Assembly (NCBI RefSeq): GCF_006345805.1
Contig: NC_043005.1
Location: forward strand, 85,498,001-85,562,000
Length of the DNA: 64,000 bases
From: Octopus sinensis
Taxonomy: Eukaryota
Direction: 5' to 3'
The position numbers and the translations under genes are program-made. A model generated the notes under the pieces. That model was given only the letters and a program-made list of their open reading frames with translations. It was not told the DNA's origin and did not search any database. Below, one piece after another: positions 1 to 11,969 of the stretch (positions are counted from its first letter, which is position 1; each line of letters begins with the position of its first letter).

Positions 1-966
1 GAAGAAATATCGATAAACTCTGCCATTACGCTAGAAATCTAACAGCTATTTATCAATTTACACTTTCAGTTAAAAACTAATGGAATAAATTGCATTAGAT
101 TCCAGAATTGCCAGAGAACGATGCCATCAGAGGTATGAGGAATAGTAACTCCTCAGTTTAAACCATTTTATTCTCCCGTGTGATTGAACAAGAATGTGTT
201 ATGATGTCATTAAAATCTATCCCTGGGGGAGTTTAATGACGTAAATGTAAATAAATTTTGTATTTATCGTTAGTTAGATGTTTGATTGTGTTAGAGGGGT
301 GTGGCGAATAACCTCCGAAAATAGGCAAAACTGAAGTGTTAATTAGTTTGTTGCTCACACATTTATAGCGATAACGATGCGGGATATGTCTCTTATCTTT
401 CACTTGTTTCACTCTATAGACTGCGGCCATGCTGGGGCACCACCTTGAAGAATTCGTAATTAAAAAAAAACAACAAAAAACGGTAATTATTCTTATTTCA
501 AGCCTGGTACTTATTCTATCAGTCTCTTTTGCCAAACTGCTAATATATGAGGATGTAAACACACCAACACAGGTTATCAAATGAGGGTGGGGGAACAAAC
601 ACAGATACAAAAATGCCCCCCCCCCCGCATACACTTATATCTATGTGTGTGTGTGTGTGTCTGCATCCGTGTTTGTTCCCCACCCCCATTCTACAAACGA
701 TGTTGGTGTGTTTACATCCCCATAACTTAGCAGTTAGACAAAAGAATCTGATAGAATAAACACCAGGATATGGAAATGGTGTCTTCAGTTGAAAGAAATA
801 TGTCAAATGTCTACAGAGTCATGTCTTGCAAACAACTTGCACATGCAAGTGCTACCAGTCGAGAACTCTGCATGTCAGAAGCCAGCAAGTGTATGGGGTC
901 ATCAGGAGAGAATGCACGCCGTTTCAGGGCCTATCTCTTCACAGCATCGATGCGCACCAGCCCCAC

Positions 967-1182
967 TCATGGATATGAGGCCCTGCTTGATTCATTATCT
1001 CTTTTTAACCAAATCTAGTAGCTGGCCTTCTCCACTGTAGTTTGGATATCAGTCATGGTGGTATTGACTTTACGATGAGTTAGGCCTAGCGATAACAACA
1101 GTCGTCTCACACTCTGTCCATCAAACCCTCCGCATCCAACTTCGATTGGAAAATGCTCCGCTTTCCAGCCTGTGTCATCACA
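967..1182 (-). mobile_element. Decayed C-terminal restriction-like endonuclease region of a HERO/NeSL-type non-LTR retrotransposon
   Basis: Minus strand reads CDDTGWKAEHFPIEVGCGGFDGQSVRRLLLSLGLTHRKVNTTMTDIQTTVEKASY*IWLKR, matching the GW..xPxEVGCRGF...E.AS.W.W.KR terminus of RLE-type elements; conserved Trp mutated to TAG. Confidence 0.7.
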
Positions 1183-1644
1183 TGATGGTAGAATATGAGA
1201 GGTATAAAGTTCCAGTGGTAATCTAGGTGGAGTGGTGGTAATTTGGTTCAGGAGAGGTAACAAAGGTCTATGAAAGAGTCAGGAAAGGAGATGTGGGTCC
1301 AAGAGAGGAGGAAGTTTGGTCAGGCAGGATCAAACTTGGATGACTACATGAATGTATATTATATATGGTTCAAAATTGTAAAAGGAAAATAAAAGACAAA
1401 TGACAGAGACAGATGAGGGAACAACAAATAAGGCATATGAGTCTGATGCACATGAAAAATGGAAGTGTCTTTGATATATATATAGATATATATATATATA
1501 ATTATAAATTAGTTATAAGAATTCAATAGAATCTAGGCACATCAGCATGTAGGATGCCAGAAATGGCTAGGTACAATAACATATAATTTACATTGAAGTA
1601 AACAACAATGAAGGTATCAAGAGCTGGTAGGATACCAATATATC

Positions 1645-1865
1645 ATCATCATCATCATCATCACTTAATGTCTGTTTTCCATGCTAGCATGGGTTGGATG
1701 GTTTGATCAGAGCTGGCAAGCCAGAGAGCTGCAACAAGTTCCTGTCTGATTTGGTCAGATGCCCTTCCTAAAACCATCCACTTAACAGTGTGTACTGGAT
1801 GCTTTTAATCTGGCATCTCATGAACGCTTTTACGTGGCATTGGCACAAGTGCTTTTAATGTGGAA
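1645..1865 (-). mobile_element. SINE-like repeat family 5 (ends ...ccatgctagcatggaaaac.gac.ttaa(GAT)n)
   Basis: Same sequence recurs at ~2130-2285(+), 7330-7517(+), 8945-9175(-), 30415-30715(-), 45700-45930(+), 46230-46420(+), with a (GAT)n tail. Confidence 0.7.
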
Positions 1866-1974
1866 CCTGTATATATACAGTTCTATATTTAAGAGATGAG
1901 GAATTATATACATTATTTACATTATATACATTATTTACATTTGATGGATATTTGTCCTCATCTTGTTTGTTGTT

Positions 1975-2020
1975 AACACAACGTTTCAGCTAATATACCC
2001 TCCAGCCTTCATCAGATGTC
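1975..2020 (-). ncRNA. Type I hammerhead ribozyme motif, PLE pLTR family 1
   Basis: GACAU-CUGAUGA-A-GGCUG(gagggtatat)UAGCU-GAAA-CG-UU-GUGUU: helix I GACAU/GUGUU, helix II 5 bp with G-U pairs, palindromic ACGU helix III, GUU cleavage triplet. Confidence 0.75.
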
Positions 2021-2040
2021 TTAGGGAAATTTTGAACCAC

Positions 2041-2460
2041 AGGCATAGTGGTTAAGATTGTTTGATTCCAGGCAATAATCTGGAAAATAATAATAATAAT
2101 GATAAGCGATGTTGAATAATAAGTGATGAATAATAATAATGGCCCCTGTGTTGGTGGCACGTAAAAAGCACCCACTACACTAATGGAGTGGTTGGCGTTA
2201 AGAAGGGCATCCAGCTGTAGAAACACTATCAGATCAGGCTGGAGACTTGCGCAGCCCCACGGTAAATGAGGATGATGATGATGATGTATAAGATTGAAAA
2301 CTACCTTAGGAATGTGAACCCAGGTTCAAAAATGTCCCCATGACATCTGATGAGGGCTTGGAGGGTATATGAGCTGATACGTTGTGTTAACAACAAACAA
2401 GACGAGGACAAATATCCGTGAATTGTAAATAACGTAAATAATGTACCTGTATATATAGTT
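2041..2460 (+). mobile_element. Composite element: tRNA-like head + (AAT)n + HHR-bearing pLTR family 1, interrupted by a family-5 SINE fragment
   Basis: 2041-2085 GGCATAGTGGTTAAGA...TTTGATTCCAGGCA (A/B boxes, internally deleted), (AAT)n, then after the SINE insert taccttaggaatgtgaacccaggttc...gacatCTGATGA...GATACGTTGTGTT (HHR 2342-2388, GAAA mutated to GAUA). Same architecture at 15610-16095. Confidence 0.6.
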
Positions 2461-2469
2461 TAAAATTGT

Positions 2470-2620
2470 ATAAAAAGAAAAACTAAAAGACAGAGACGGG
2501 TGAGGGAACAACAGACAAAGTGTATTAATTTGGTACTCAGGAAGAATGGAAGAATCATTAATGCTTTGAGCCTGTGCTCTTCTACAGAAAAGAATGAGGA
2601 AAGTAAACAGATGGAGAAAC
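2470..2620 (-). mobile_element. pLTR family 2 relic with decayed CUGUAGA hammerhead-like motif (2556-2592)
   Basis: Minus strand UUUU-CUGUAGA-A-GAGC-acag-GCUC-AAAG (GAAA damaged); flanks match copies at 17160-17300, 34780-34900, 42780-42950. Confidence 0.5.
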
Positions 2621-4145
2621 ACGATGAGCTAAGTTCTATAAAAATCTGATGAAACTGATGGTGAATTCTTTATTAGTTTTGTATTTGAAATTTTTCCCTC
2701 TTCAAACATGTGTATGAGTGTATTTATAAACGTTAGTGTAGGTTTGAGTGTATGAACATACGTCCATGTGTGTCAGTCTATATATTTATCAATTATAGAA
2801 AATTCCTTCAATAATATTGTGTAATTTCCTTCAGTAGATGTTCAGAAATTCCCAATATTTCGATGTTGCTTCTCATGTCATGACATTTCTTTGTTCAAAA
2901 CTATGTTTCGGATGTTTTATTTATTTACAGATTATTTGTACATTTATTTGTCTATTTAATGTTGCTTTTTCTCCAGGGTTATCCAGTTGCATCTCTATAG
3001 AATATTTCGAAACTAGGAATTACAGAAACATATTTCGTCGGAAAAATAAACTGTCAAAAGCATGGAGAGAAGAACTGGATACCTGGAGATACATATTTAA
3101 CAACGGATCGTCAGTGAATATTATATCATGATATATGGTGACATAGTAAGCATACGTCACTTAGTAATAAACACCAACAAACACCAACCGCATTTCTTCC
3201 ACCCACCTATGACTCTCAAGAACATTTATCATGTCTACCTAATTTATAAGCAGAATATATATACATATATATACATATATATATATATATATTTGTATAT
3301 ATATATATATATATACTTACACATGCACATACGCAAAGTCAGTCCTGTACTTGGTTTTCTTATTCTCCATATATACAAGTATTTATAGCTTGTACCAGTG
3401 ACATGTCCTATGTGCAGCACAAACTGCAATTATTCAACCTAGAAAAACATACATGAGCTAATGGTGGAGCCTGTATGTGGTCACTCAACCATCTATAAAT
3501 GGTTGCCTAATTTCCTCAAGATCTCAACTCCATCATTCTATAAAGAGTCCAGATACAGGAGATGGTTAAATATAGATATTTTCTTTTGGTTATAAAACTG
3601 CATTGAATACAATGTATTATATCTTTAAGATATAGAATTGCCACAACCATGGTTGTGTGGTAAGAAGTTTGCTTCCCAACTACATGGTTCCGGGTTCAAT
3701 CCTACTGCATGATCAAAGCTTCATCAGTGGATTTCGTATCTTGAGGTGTGCTGCATATTCTCTATTTGGATATATTTGGGGTACTTAAGTGTACACATGG
3801 CTTTGTGTATGCTTGTTCCATGTGTGCAAGTGGGTATTTCATTTATTTTCTTAATGTATTTACTGCTGATGATGAGAAAACTCTTTATGAATTAACTCAG
3901 ATATCGGACCAATTTGGTAATAATAGAATTTTCAGGGATTTCTGTCAGCTTGCTTTGAGATGCAAGCTTTTAGTGATGAATTATATGAAGTTTTTGACAA
4001 TTTAAATTCTATTCTCAGCGTATTTGGTACAAGAATTTTCTTCTTTTGCCCTTATTTATAAGTTGCTTATAATTTTCACCTTAAAAGGTATTTTTTAATA
4101 TGCTGGCCGCTGATTGAATTTTTTGAAAATTTTTTCCTATATTAG

Positions 4146-4176
<31 letters not shown>

Positions 4177-4603
4177 TATATATATATATATATATATTCC
4201 TGTGTGAGTTAGAGATTGGGAAACCAACCAAGGGATAGTACTTATCCAATATACTGCTGGTAGTGTATATATATGTAGATATATATATATATCTGTGTGT
4301 GTGTGTCTCTTTGTTTGTCCCTTACCATCACTTGACAACTGGTGTTGGTGTGTTTATATCCTTGTAATTTAGCTGTTCAACAAAAGAGCCGAATAGAATA
4401 AGTATCAGGCTTTAATATCGCACCCCTCCCCTGCCAAAAAAACACGAGTACTGGGTTGATTTGCTTAACTAAAATTCTTCAAAGCAGTGCCCCAGCATAG
4501 CCACAGTCAGATGCCTGAAGCAAATAAAAGACTAAAGATGAAACGTGTGAGTGTGTGTGTTGCTGCTTGATGTATAGAGAAGGGATTATTTTTGCCCCTT
4601 TGA

Positions 4604-4924
4604 GTGCTGCTAATACTCTGCAGGTTTCAATTAGAGCTTGACCACTGACGGTATTTTGTCAGACACAATCATTGTAATCAGGGATTATAACATTAGATTT
4701 TATCAGCTGGGAGAAATGAATTAGCATATATTTTCCATTTTCCTTTGCTGATAGCTAATTGTTTAACACATAATGAAATTCTTGTATCTAGAAGCTTCCC
4801 AACTATTTTTAGTAGGAATATAGCAATAATTATAGTGTGATGAACTCTGGAAATAAGATGAAATCTTTTAATTATATTCCTATTATTGTGGTGTATAGCT
4901 TGATTTACTATTATCATCTTCAGC
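4604..4924. repeat. ~321-bp non-microsatellite segment duplicated at 14829-15149
   Basis: Direct repeat with about 7 substitutions counted by eye; both copies give the same ORF-track peptide. Confidence 0.9.
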
Positions 4925-5497
4925 AGCATTATGCTACTGCTGCTGCTACTACTGCTACTGCTGCTACAATGAAAACTACAGCTAATAATAATAATAAACT
5001 AATCATGACAGAAAATAGCAATTTTAGAGGGACGGGGTTAGTCATTTACCTTAACCCCCAGTATTTGACGGGTATTTTGATTTTATTGACCATGAAAGGA
5101 TGAGAAGTAAATTTGTCTTTTGTCCAATTTTAAATAAGCTTTTTTTTGAAAACAAGGTGAAAACAAGCTGGAGCACCACCTTTAGTCAAGCAAATCGAGC
5201 CCATGACTTATTCTTTATAAGCCTAGTTCTTATTCTATCGGTCTCTTTTGCCGAACCGCTAAGTTACGGAGACGTAAAGGCGCCAGCATCGGTTGTCAGG
5301 CGATGGAAGAGGGACAAAAACAGATACACTAACATATACATACATTATATATCTATATATATTATAATATATTAACAATTAAGGTAATCTCTTAATAAGG
5401 GATCTTAACAAGAAATTATCGGGTAGTTAGCGTGAAGACCTCATAAGAAAAAGAATTCGAAAATAATTTTTTTTTTTGAACAAAAATTAATTATATC

Positions 5498-5782
5498 TAT
5501 ATTGTATAGAGGGCATTATTACACATAATGCCTCACACCTAAGAGGGACAAAGTCATTACTACCAAAATTATACTAATCATACCTAAAGGCAGTTTTTCA
5601 AAGCAAGACATTTAAAAAATGAATTTAGTTCTGTATCACGTGAAATCACGGTGATACAGAACTAAATTCATTTTTTCAATGTCTGCTTGAAAAACTGCAT
5701 TTAGGTATGATTAGTATAATTTTGGTAGTAATGACTTTGTCCCTCTTAGTGTGAGGCATTTATGTGTAATAATGCCCTCTAT

Positions 5783-5790
<8 letters not shown>
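5498..5790. repeat. Near-perfect ~290-bp palindrome nested in the (TA)n of a split family-1 SINE
   Basis: Arms 5498-5639 and 5651-5790 are reverse complements with a few indels; SINE halves at ~5150-5340 and ~5825-5910. Confidence 0.9.
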
Positions 5791-5827
<37 letters not shown>

Positions 5828-6199
5828 GATGGGATTCTTTCAGTTTCTCTCTACCAAATCCACTCACAAGGCTTGGTCAGCCCGAGGCCTATTAGAAGAC
5901 ACTTGCCCAATGTTTTCAACCATTGAGAATTTTATTGATAAGATTTGTCTTGGGACAAAAAATTTATCGGACCAAAAGACGTTTGATGATGTGACGTCAG
6001 ATGAAAAGACATAGCACCGAAATAAAGTGTCTTGCTCAAGAACACAATGCACCATTGAGAATTGAACTCACAACCTTATGATCATGAGCTGAAAATCCTG
6101 ACTACGGATCCACATGGCTCAACTATTGAGAGATTAAAGCATGAAACACAGATAGGCACAGAGAATCTTGCTGTTGTGAAGATATGGGACTAACCCAGC

Positions 6200-6620
6200 A
6201 TCCAGGTTATATTTGCCCATATCTCAGGCTTCTTCTTAGGCACCTACCTCAGTACTGTCTGGTTATGCTTCATTGCTTGCTTGATGATATTTGATGAACC
6301 GTCTCCTTCTAATGAAAAAGATATCGAACATTATGACAATTTTGAGCAGCTAACATCTGTTCTTCCTTTTTGCCATTTCTTATGATGGTGAAAATCCCTC
6401 TCCCTTATGGTTCCAACCCCATATTGTCCTCTTCACATTTCATTGTGTGTTATGAGAGACTTTTCAGATCAGTTTCATCAGATTTCAATCTGATTGACCG
6501 TGACAAAGTGCTTTGCTTGTTTCTTTGTCAGCAGATGAGGGACATATTCCAGGAGAGCTTGATCCATCTTCAACTTGTCTTTTAAAATAATGTGCCTTGA
6601 ACTATTGCAGGTGCTTCTTC
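6200..6620 (-). mobile_element. Highly decayed mariner transposase
   Basis: Minus strand gives HIILKDKLKM...EYVPHLLTKKQ (cf. ILTEDLGMRRVSAKFVPRLLT) and ...LR*VPKKKPEIWANITWML (cf. VRKKRPELWxxNSWILHHDNA); multiple stops and frameshifts. Confidence 0.6.
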
Positions 6621-7063
6621 AGAAACATCATTGACAGTCTAGTCACAGTTCATTTACATAAATGTGATACATTTATGTAAATGAACTGTGGATTTAGTAA
6701 ATCATTGTAATCCATTGTAGTGGATTTAGTAAATGGAAATTGAAGGAAGCCCATCGTACATGAGTATGTGTATGTACGTGAGTGTGTGGGTTTCTGTGTA
6801 TACACACACACTGATGAAGGGAAGGTTCTTATGAACTAACTCTGAAATTGGCTCCGATATGAAATAACGAGAATTTTTTTAGAAAATTCTATCAGCTTTC
6901 TTCGAAATACGTGCTTGTTAGTGATAAATTACATGGTTATTGACGTTGTCTATTTTCAGCATATTTTGGCATTAGAAAAGTTTTTCTTTTGCCTTTACTT
7001 ATAAATAGTATATATATATATATATATATATATGTAGATATATATATATATGTAGATATATAA

Positions 7064-7125
<62 letters not shown>

Positions 7126-7144
7126 GATATATATATATATGTAG

Positions 7145-7178
<34 letters not shown>

Positions 7179-8494
7179 CTGTGTGTGTGTGTCTCTTTGT
7201 TTGTCCCTTATCATCACTTGACAACCGGTGTTGGTGTGTTTATATCCTTGAAATTTAGCTGTTCAACAAAAGAGCCGAATAGAATAAGTACCAGGCATCT
7301 GTCTGCTTGTCAGGACATTGAGTGATTGTTGTAAATGAGTGTCACCATCATACAAGCGATGCCCATTTCCAAACTTCCAGCCATGGGGAAATATTACCTT
7401 AGTGGGAAACATGAGGGTTGGTAACAGGAAAGGCATCCAGCCACAGAAAAATCTGCATCAACAAATTCCATCTGACTCATGCAAGCATGGAACAACAGAT
7501 GTTAAATGATGATGATATCCAGTAATTTAGCAGTATGGATGACTTTAGTGGGGTGGAAAGTCACTGCCTGCCACCAAGCCTAGTATTTTGGGCAATCTGC
7601 TCAGTTTGTGCAGTTTTATAAGTGCTGAATGCCTTGACATTTTAACTTCGAATTAAACAGTGAAAATTCCACAGAGACTAAATAATTAACAAAAAGAGAG
7701 AAAAAAAATATTCTTTTCTAAACAATACTAAATCACCCAGCATATAACAAGATCACAAACTGTAGAACAACCAAAATGAACAGTAGAATAGAGAAGCTTA
7801 AACAATGTACTTAGTTTAACGATAATCTCATAAACAATATCTCAACAATGCTAACAACACCAAAGAACAAAATTTAAAACCAAAAATAAATAACATACAA
7901 AATAGTTTTTTCCTGATTTAGCTAAGGCATATATTATTATTCAGTTCATGTTTCTACATTTTAGTATTTCACAAATAAATTTCATTGAATTTTTTTTTAA
8001 ATTGAAATCCATTTTCCTTCATTTTTATTTTTTGCATTTTACCAAAAGTGGAAAAAAAAAAAAAAAAAAAATGGTATTTTTTTTCTTTCCAGAGAATGGA
8101 AAGCAGTGCTAATTTCAAGTTGAATATGAGTAGAAAGATAGTCTAAAATAGATCTAAGAGAATTATTGTTATGTAACATTATGTTAAAAATGTTGCACAT
8201 CCTTCAAAGCTTAAAATAGCAAACATGTTATTTTATTTAAGTTGTTTTAAAATAAGAAAATTGTCACAATCTTTTCTATTATTTTGTATTTTTCCAGTAA
8301 ATCTTCTACGCATCCAAAACATCTGCCCCACACAAAACAGCATTTCTTCCTAAGCTCAACAAATGTTCTACATATATAACATCATTTTAAATATGTCTGT
8401 ATATATGTACATACATACATACATGCATATATACATACAAACATACATACATACATACAAACATGCATGCATAAATACATGCATACATATATAT

Positions 8495-8714
8495 TCTCTT
8501 TTACTCTTTTACTCTTTTACTTGTTTCAGTCATGTGACTGTGGCCATGCTGGAGCACTGCCTTTAGACGAGCAAATCGACCCTCGTACTTATTCTTTGTA
8601 AGCCTAGTACTTATTCTATTGGTCTCTCTTGCCGAACCGCTAAGTTATGGGGACGTGAATGCACCAGCATCGGTTGTCGAGCGATGGTGAGGGTACAATC
8701 ACAGATACACAAAC

Positions 8715-8762
<48 letters not shown>

Positions 8763-8918
8763 GACAGGCTTCTTTCAGTTTCTGTCTACCAAATCCACTC
8801 ACAAGGCTTTGGTCAGTCCGAGGCTATAGTAGAAGACACTTGCCCAAGGTGCCACGCAGTGGGGCTGAACCTGAAACCATGTGGTTCATAAGCAATCTAC
8901 TTACCACACAGCCACTCC
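8495..8918 (-). mobile_element. Full-length tRNA-derived SINE family 1
   Basis: Head GGAGTGGCTGTGTGGTAAG...GGTTTCAGGTTCAGCCCC, body with internal (TA)n(TG)n, tail ggc.gtgctccagcatggccacagtc...tgactgaaacaag(TAAAAGAG)n. Other copies at ~400-770, 4200-4540, 9305-9665, 10010-10200, 34912-35325, 37160-37325, 39485-39590, 40608-41008, 57878-58270, 61130-61555, 62345-62432. Confidence 0.9.
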
Positions 8919-9178
8919 AGCACCTATGTGTGTGCATATATCATCATTATCATCATCATTGTCGTTTAATGCCCATTTTCCATGTTGGCATGGGTTTAAC
9001 GGTTTGACTGAGGTCTGGCAAGCCAGAAGGCTTCACCAGGCTGCTGTCTGACCTGGCAATCTTTCTACAGTTAGATGTCTCCTTCCTAATGCCAACCACT
9101 CCAAGAGTGTAGTGGATGCTTTTTACGTACCACCAGCACGGGAGCCAGTCATGGGCTACTGGCATTGGCCATGTGGTA

Positions 9179-9218
<40 letters not shown>

Positions 9219-10235
9219 TATGTATATGTATGTATATATATATATAGTTACTGAGATTCTTCTTTTAAATAACAGCAATGTGTATTATATAATTTTTATC
9301 TTCTACCTTGTTTCAGTAATTTAACTGTGGCCATGCTGGGGCACCACCTTGAAGGACTTCATCCACCAAATTGACCCCAGTGATTTTTTTTTTGAAGCAT
9401 GATACTTATTGTATCAATCTCTTTTGCTGAACTGCTAAGTTATGAAGACATAAACAAACCAACACTAGTTGTCAGGCAGTGATGGAACACATACACACAC
9501 ACACACACATACACATACATGTATGATTGGCCTCTCTCAGTTTCTGTCTACTAAATCCACCCACAGGGCTTTGATTGGCTCAGGGCTATAGTAGCAGGTG
9601 CGACATAGTGGGACGGAACTCAGAATCATGTGATTGGGAAACAAACTTGTTACCTGCACAGCCACGTCTGTTCGTCACACCAAATTGGCAAAGTATTAAG
9701 TCTGTTGGACATACAATACTTTGTGGTAGTTGTTCCAACAACTGGAGTCTTGAGTTCAATTCCTGCTGGGAGTCAATGAAAATAGGCAACATTGCAGTGT
9801 AGTGGATTGGCGGAAGTGTAATAATGATGGTCTGGATGCCTTGCAGTTCCTAAGATTCTGGGTTCAGATCTGCCCCATGGCCTACATGCATGATAGATTA
9901 ACCCTTTGCCCAATTGACTTCCACAAACTTTCGGGTGTTTTTATTAGGGACCACTTTCTTGCTAGCCTTCAGGTTGTCTCTACTACAGTTGTTGAGTATA
10001 TTCTTTTATTCTTTTATTCGTTTCAATTATTTGACTGCGGCCATGCTGGAGCACCATCTTTAGTTGAACAAACTGACTCCCAGGTCTTATTCTATTTGTT
10101 TCTTTTGCTGAACTGCTAGGTTATGCAGACATAAACACACCAACATTGGTTGTCAATCGATGGCAGGGAGACAAACACAGACACTCAACATATATAGTAG
10201 ACCCCTTAGGTCATGAATGACCATAGGATTGCATC

Positions 10236-10330
10236 TACTGTAGGTATGGAAACAAATAATTTTTAGATACTGTAGGTATGGAAATACATAATTTTTAGAT
10301 ACTGTAGGTATGGAAACACATAATTGTAGA
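10236..10330 (+). repeat. Tandem repeat, 3 x 32 bp (tactgtaggtatggaaacacataatttttaga)
   Basis: Units start at 10236, 10268, 10300; contiguous, no spacers. Confidence 0.9.
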
Positions 10331-10849
10331 AATCAACTCAGAATTAGGGTTTCATACCTTTATAATGACACTGGCCTGAGGCATATATTCTAAAGTTAGT
10401 GGGAGCAAGCAAATAACAAATAGGCACCATGATGCATACCAAACAATTTTTAACTCATTTCTGTAATATTATGTGAAATACTTCAATAATTAAGATATAT
10501 GCAGTTTTATTATTACCTCTGCTTTCAGTGCCTCAATTTTACTAATATTTTTAGTGTATGTGGTTCAATAATTGAGTAGTTTTATATGAAAGAAATTGTT
10601 GTATGCAGTGGTCTGGTGCATGACAGGCACTCAAGTACACTACAATGCCACAATAATTTGCACTACAATAATTTAATGAAGCTAAAGGAAATCTGTGCTA
10701 CATGTGTGTGCGTGTGTGTGTGTTTGTGCGTGTTTTGTGTGTGTGTGTGTGTGTGTGTGCATATGTATATTTATATATATATATATATATATCTATATAT
10801 ATATATATAGATATATATATCCGCACAAAAATATGTATAGGAGACACAT

Positions 10850-11165
10850 TTTGGTCACAAATGACTATGGAATTGCACCTAGAAAGTTACCCTCCGAGGC
10901 ACAAGTCAGGCAAAGTTGTCTATGGAAGACCAGCAGTCATCCATGCATACCAGCCTCCTCTCTCCACGCCACCGATGTCATCCAAGGGAAAGGCAAAGGG
11001 GTCGATACAATTTGGCACCAGTGACGTTGCAACTCCTTTCTACAGCTGTGTGAACTGGAGCAACATGAAATAAAGTGTCTTGTTCAAGAACACAACACGT
11101 AGCCCAGTCTGGGATTCGAACTCCCAAATTCATGGTCATAAGTTCGATGCTCTGACCACTGAGTA
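10850..11165 (-). mobile_element. tRNA-derived SINE family 2
   Basis: Minus-strand head CTCAGTGGTCAGAGCATCG...GAGTTCGAATCCC, conserved body gttgtgttcttgaacaagacactttatttc, tail ...ctttctaggtgcaattcc; near-identical to 22375-22687. Confidence 0.85.
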
Positions 11166-11969
11166 CATATATACATAGGAATACATACGTATGTATATAT
11201 ATATATACGTATATATATATATATACGTATGTATGTTTATATGTATATATGTATGTATGTGTGTGTATGTATATATGTATGTATGTGCATGTATGTAAAT
11301 TTGTATGTATGTATATATGTATGTATATATGTGTGTATATATGTATGTAAGTGTATGTATGTATGTATGTATGTATGTATGATTGTATGTATCTATGGGT
11401 ACAACTGCATTGTCCTCTGCAGCAGAAACATGTTCTATTCTGGTCGCTTGTTTCCCACTTTAAATCCTTGTCCGATAGCATACAGCTACATTCCTACCTA
11501 CTGTCGTCCCACTCAATCAAAAAAGATCTTTGTTCTTGTAGTTTGGATGAATGCTCGTGCCACAACCGATGCAACCAATACACATTGCAAAGTGGGTGGC
11601 GTTGGGAAGAGCCTCCAGCCAGAGAAATCATACCAAACCAGATAGTGGGAAATGATGCATTTTTTTAACCTGCCACATAAACTTTCAAATGGAATATAAC
11701 CGTTAAATGATCAAGATAGCAGTGATAGCAGTGATAGCTATTCATGTGTGTATGTGTGTGTGTGGCTGTTTCTGAAAAGAGAAAATTAGAAAAAGACTTT
11801 ACCAATTTTCTGTTTTGCTATGGAATTACTCTGCAAAAAATACTTTCCAGAATTTCCATCTTTTATACTTACTTCACACAATTATATCATCTACATAGAA
11901 CCTTGGCGTCCAGGAATAAGTGGATGTGCTCCAAGAGGACACAGCTAGGATTTAATCCTATCTACATAA

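Noticed and set aside
70-132. Possible 63-nt exon (ttttcag|...GAG|gtatga; LKTNGINCIRFQNCQRTMPSE)
   Set aside because: Splice-like ends and one open frame arise by chance; no recognisable homology or partner exons.
880-960. GAAAC...CTGATGA on the minus strand as a type II hammerhead
   Set aside because: Helix II does not pair and position 17 would be G.
2969-3089. ~28-bp imperfect inverted repeat around a 60-bp spacer
   Set aside because: Short and degenerate, single copy in the window; no assignment possible.
3850-4030. Protein-like reading (ADDEKTLYELTQISDQFG / GFLSACFEMQAFSDELYEVFDNL)
   Set aside because: Needs a frameshift or an impossibly short intron; no family recognised.
6811-6860. 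CTGATGA...GAAA hammerhead-like string
   Set aside because: Helix II is plausible but helices I and III do not pair; at most a decayed pLTR relic.
10236-10330. CRISPR-like 32-bp repeats
   Set aside because: Units are contiguous with no spacers, in eukaryotic DNA with no cas genes.
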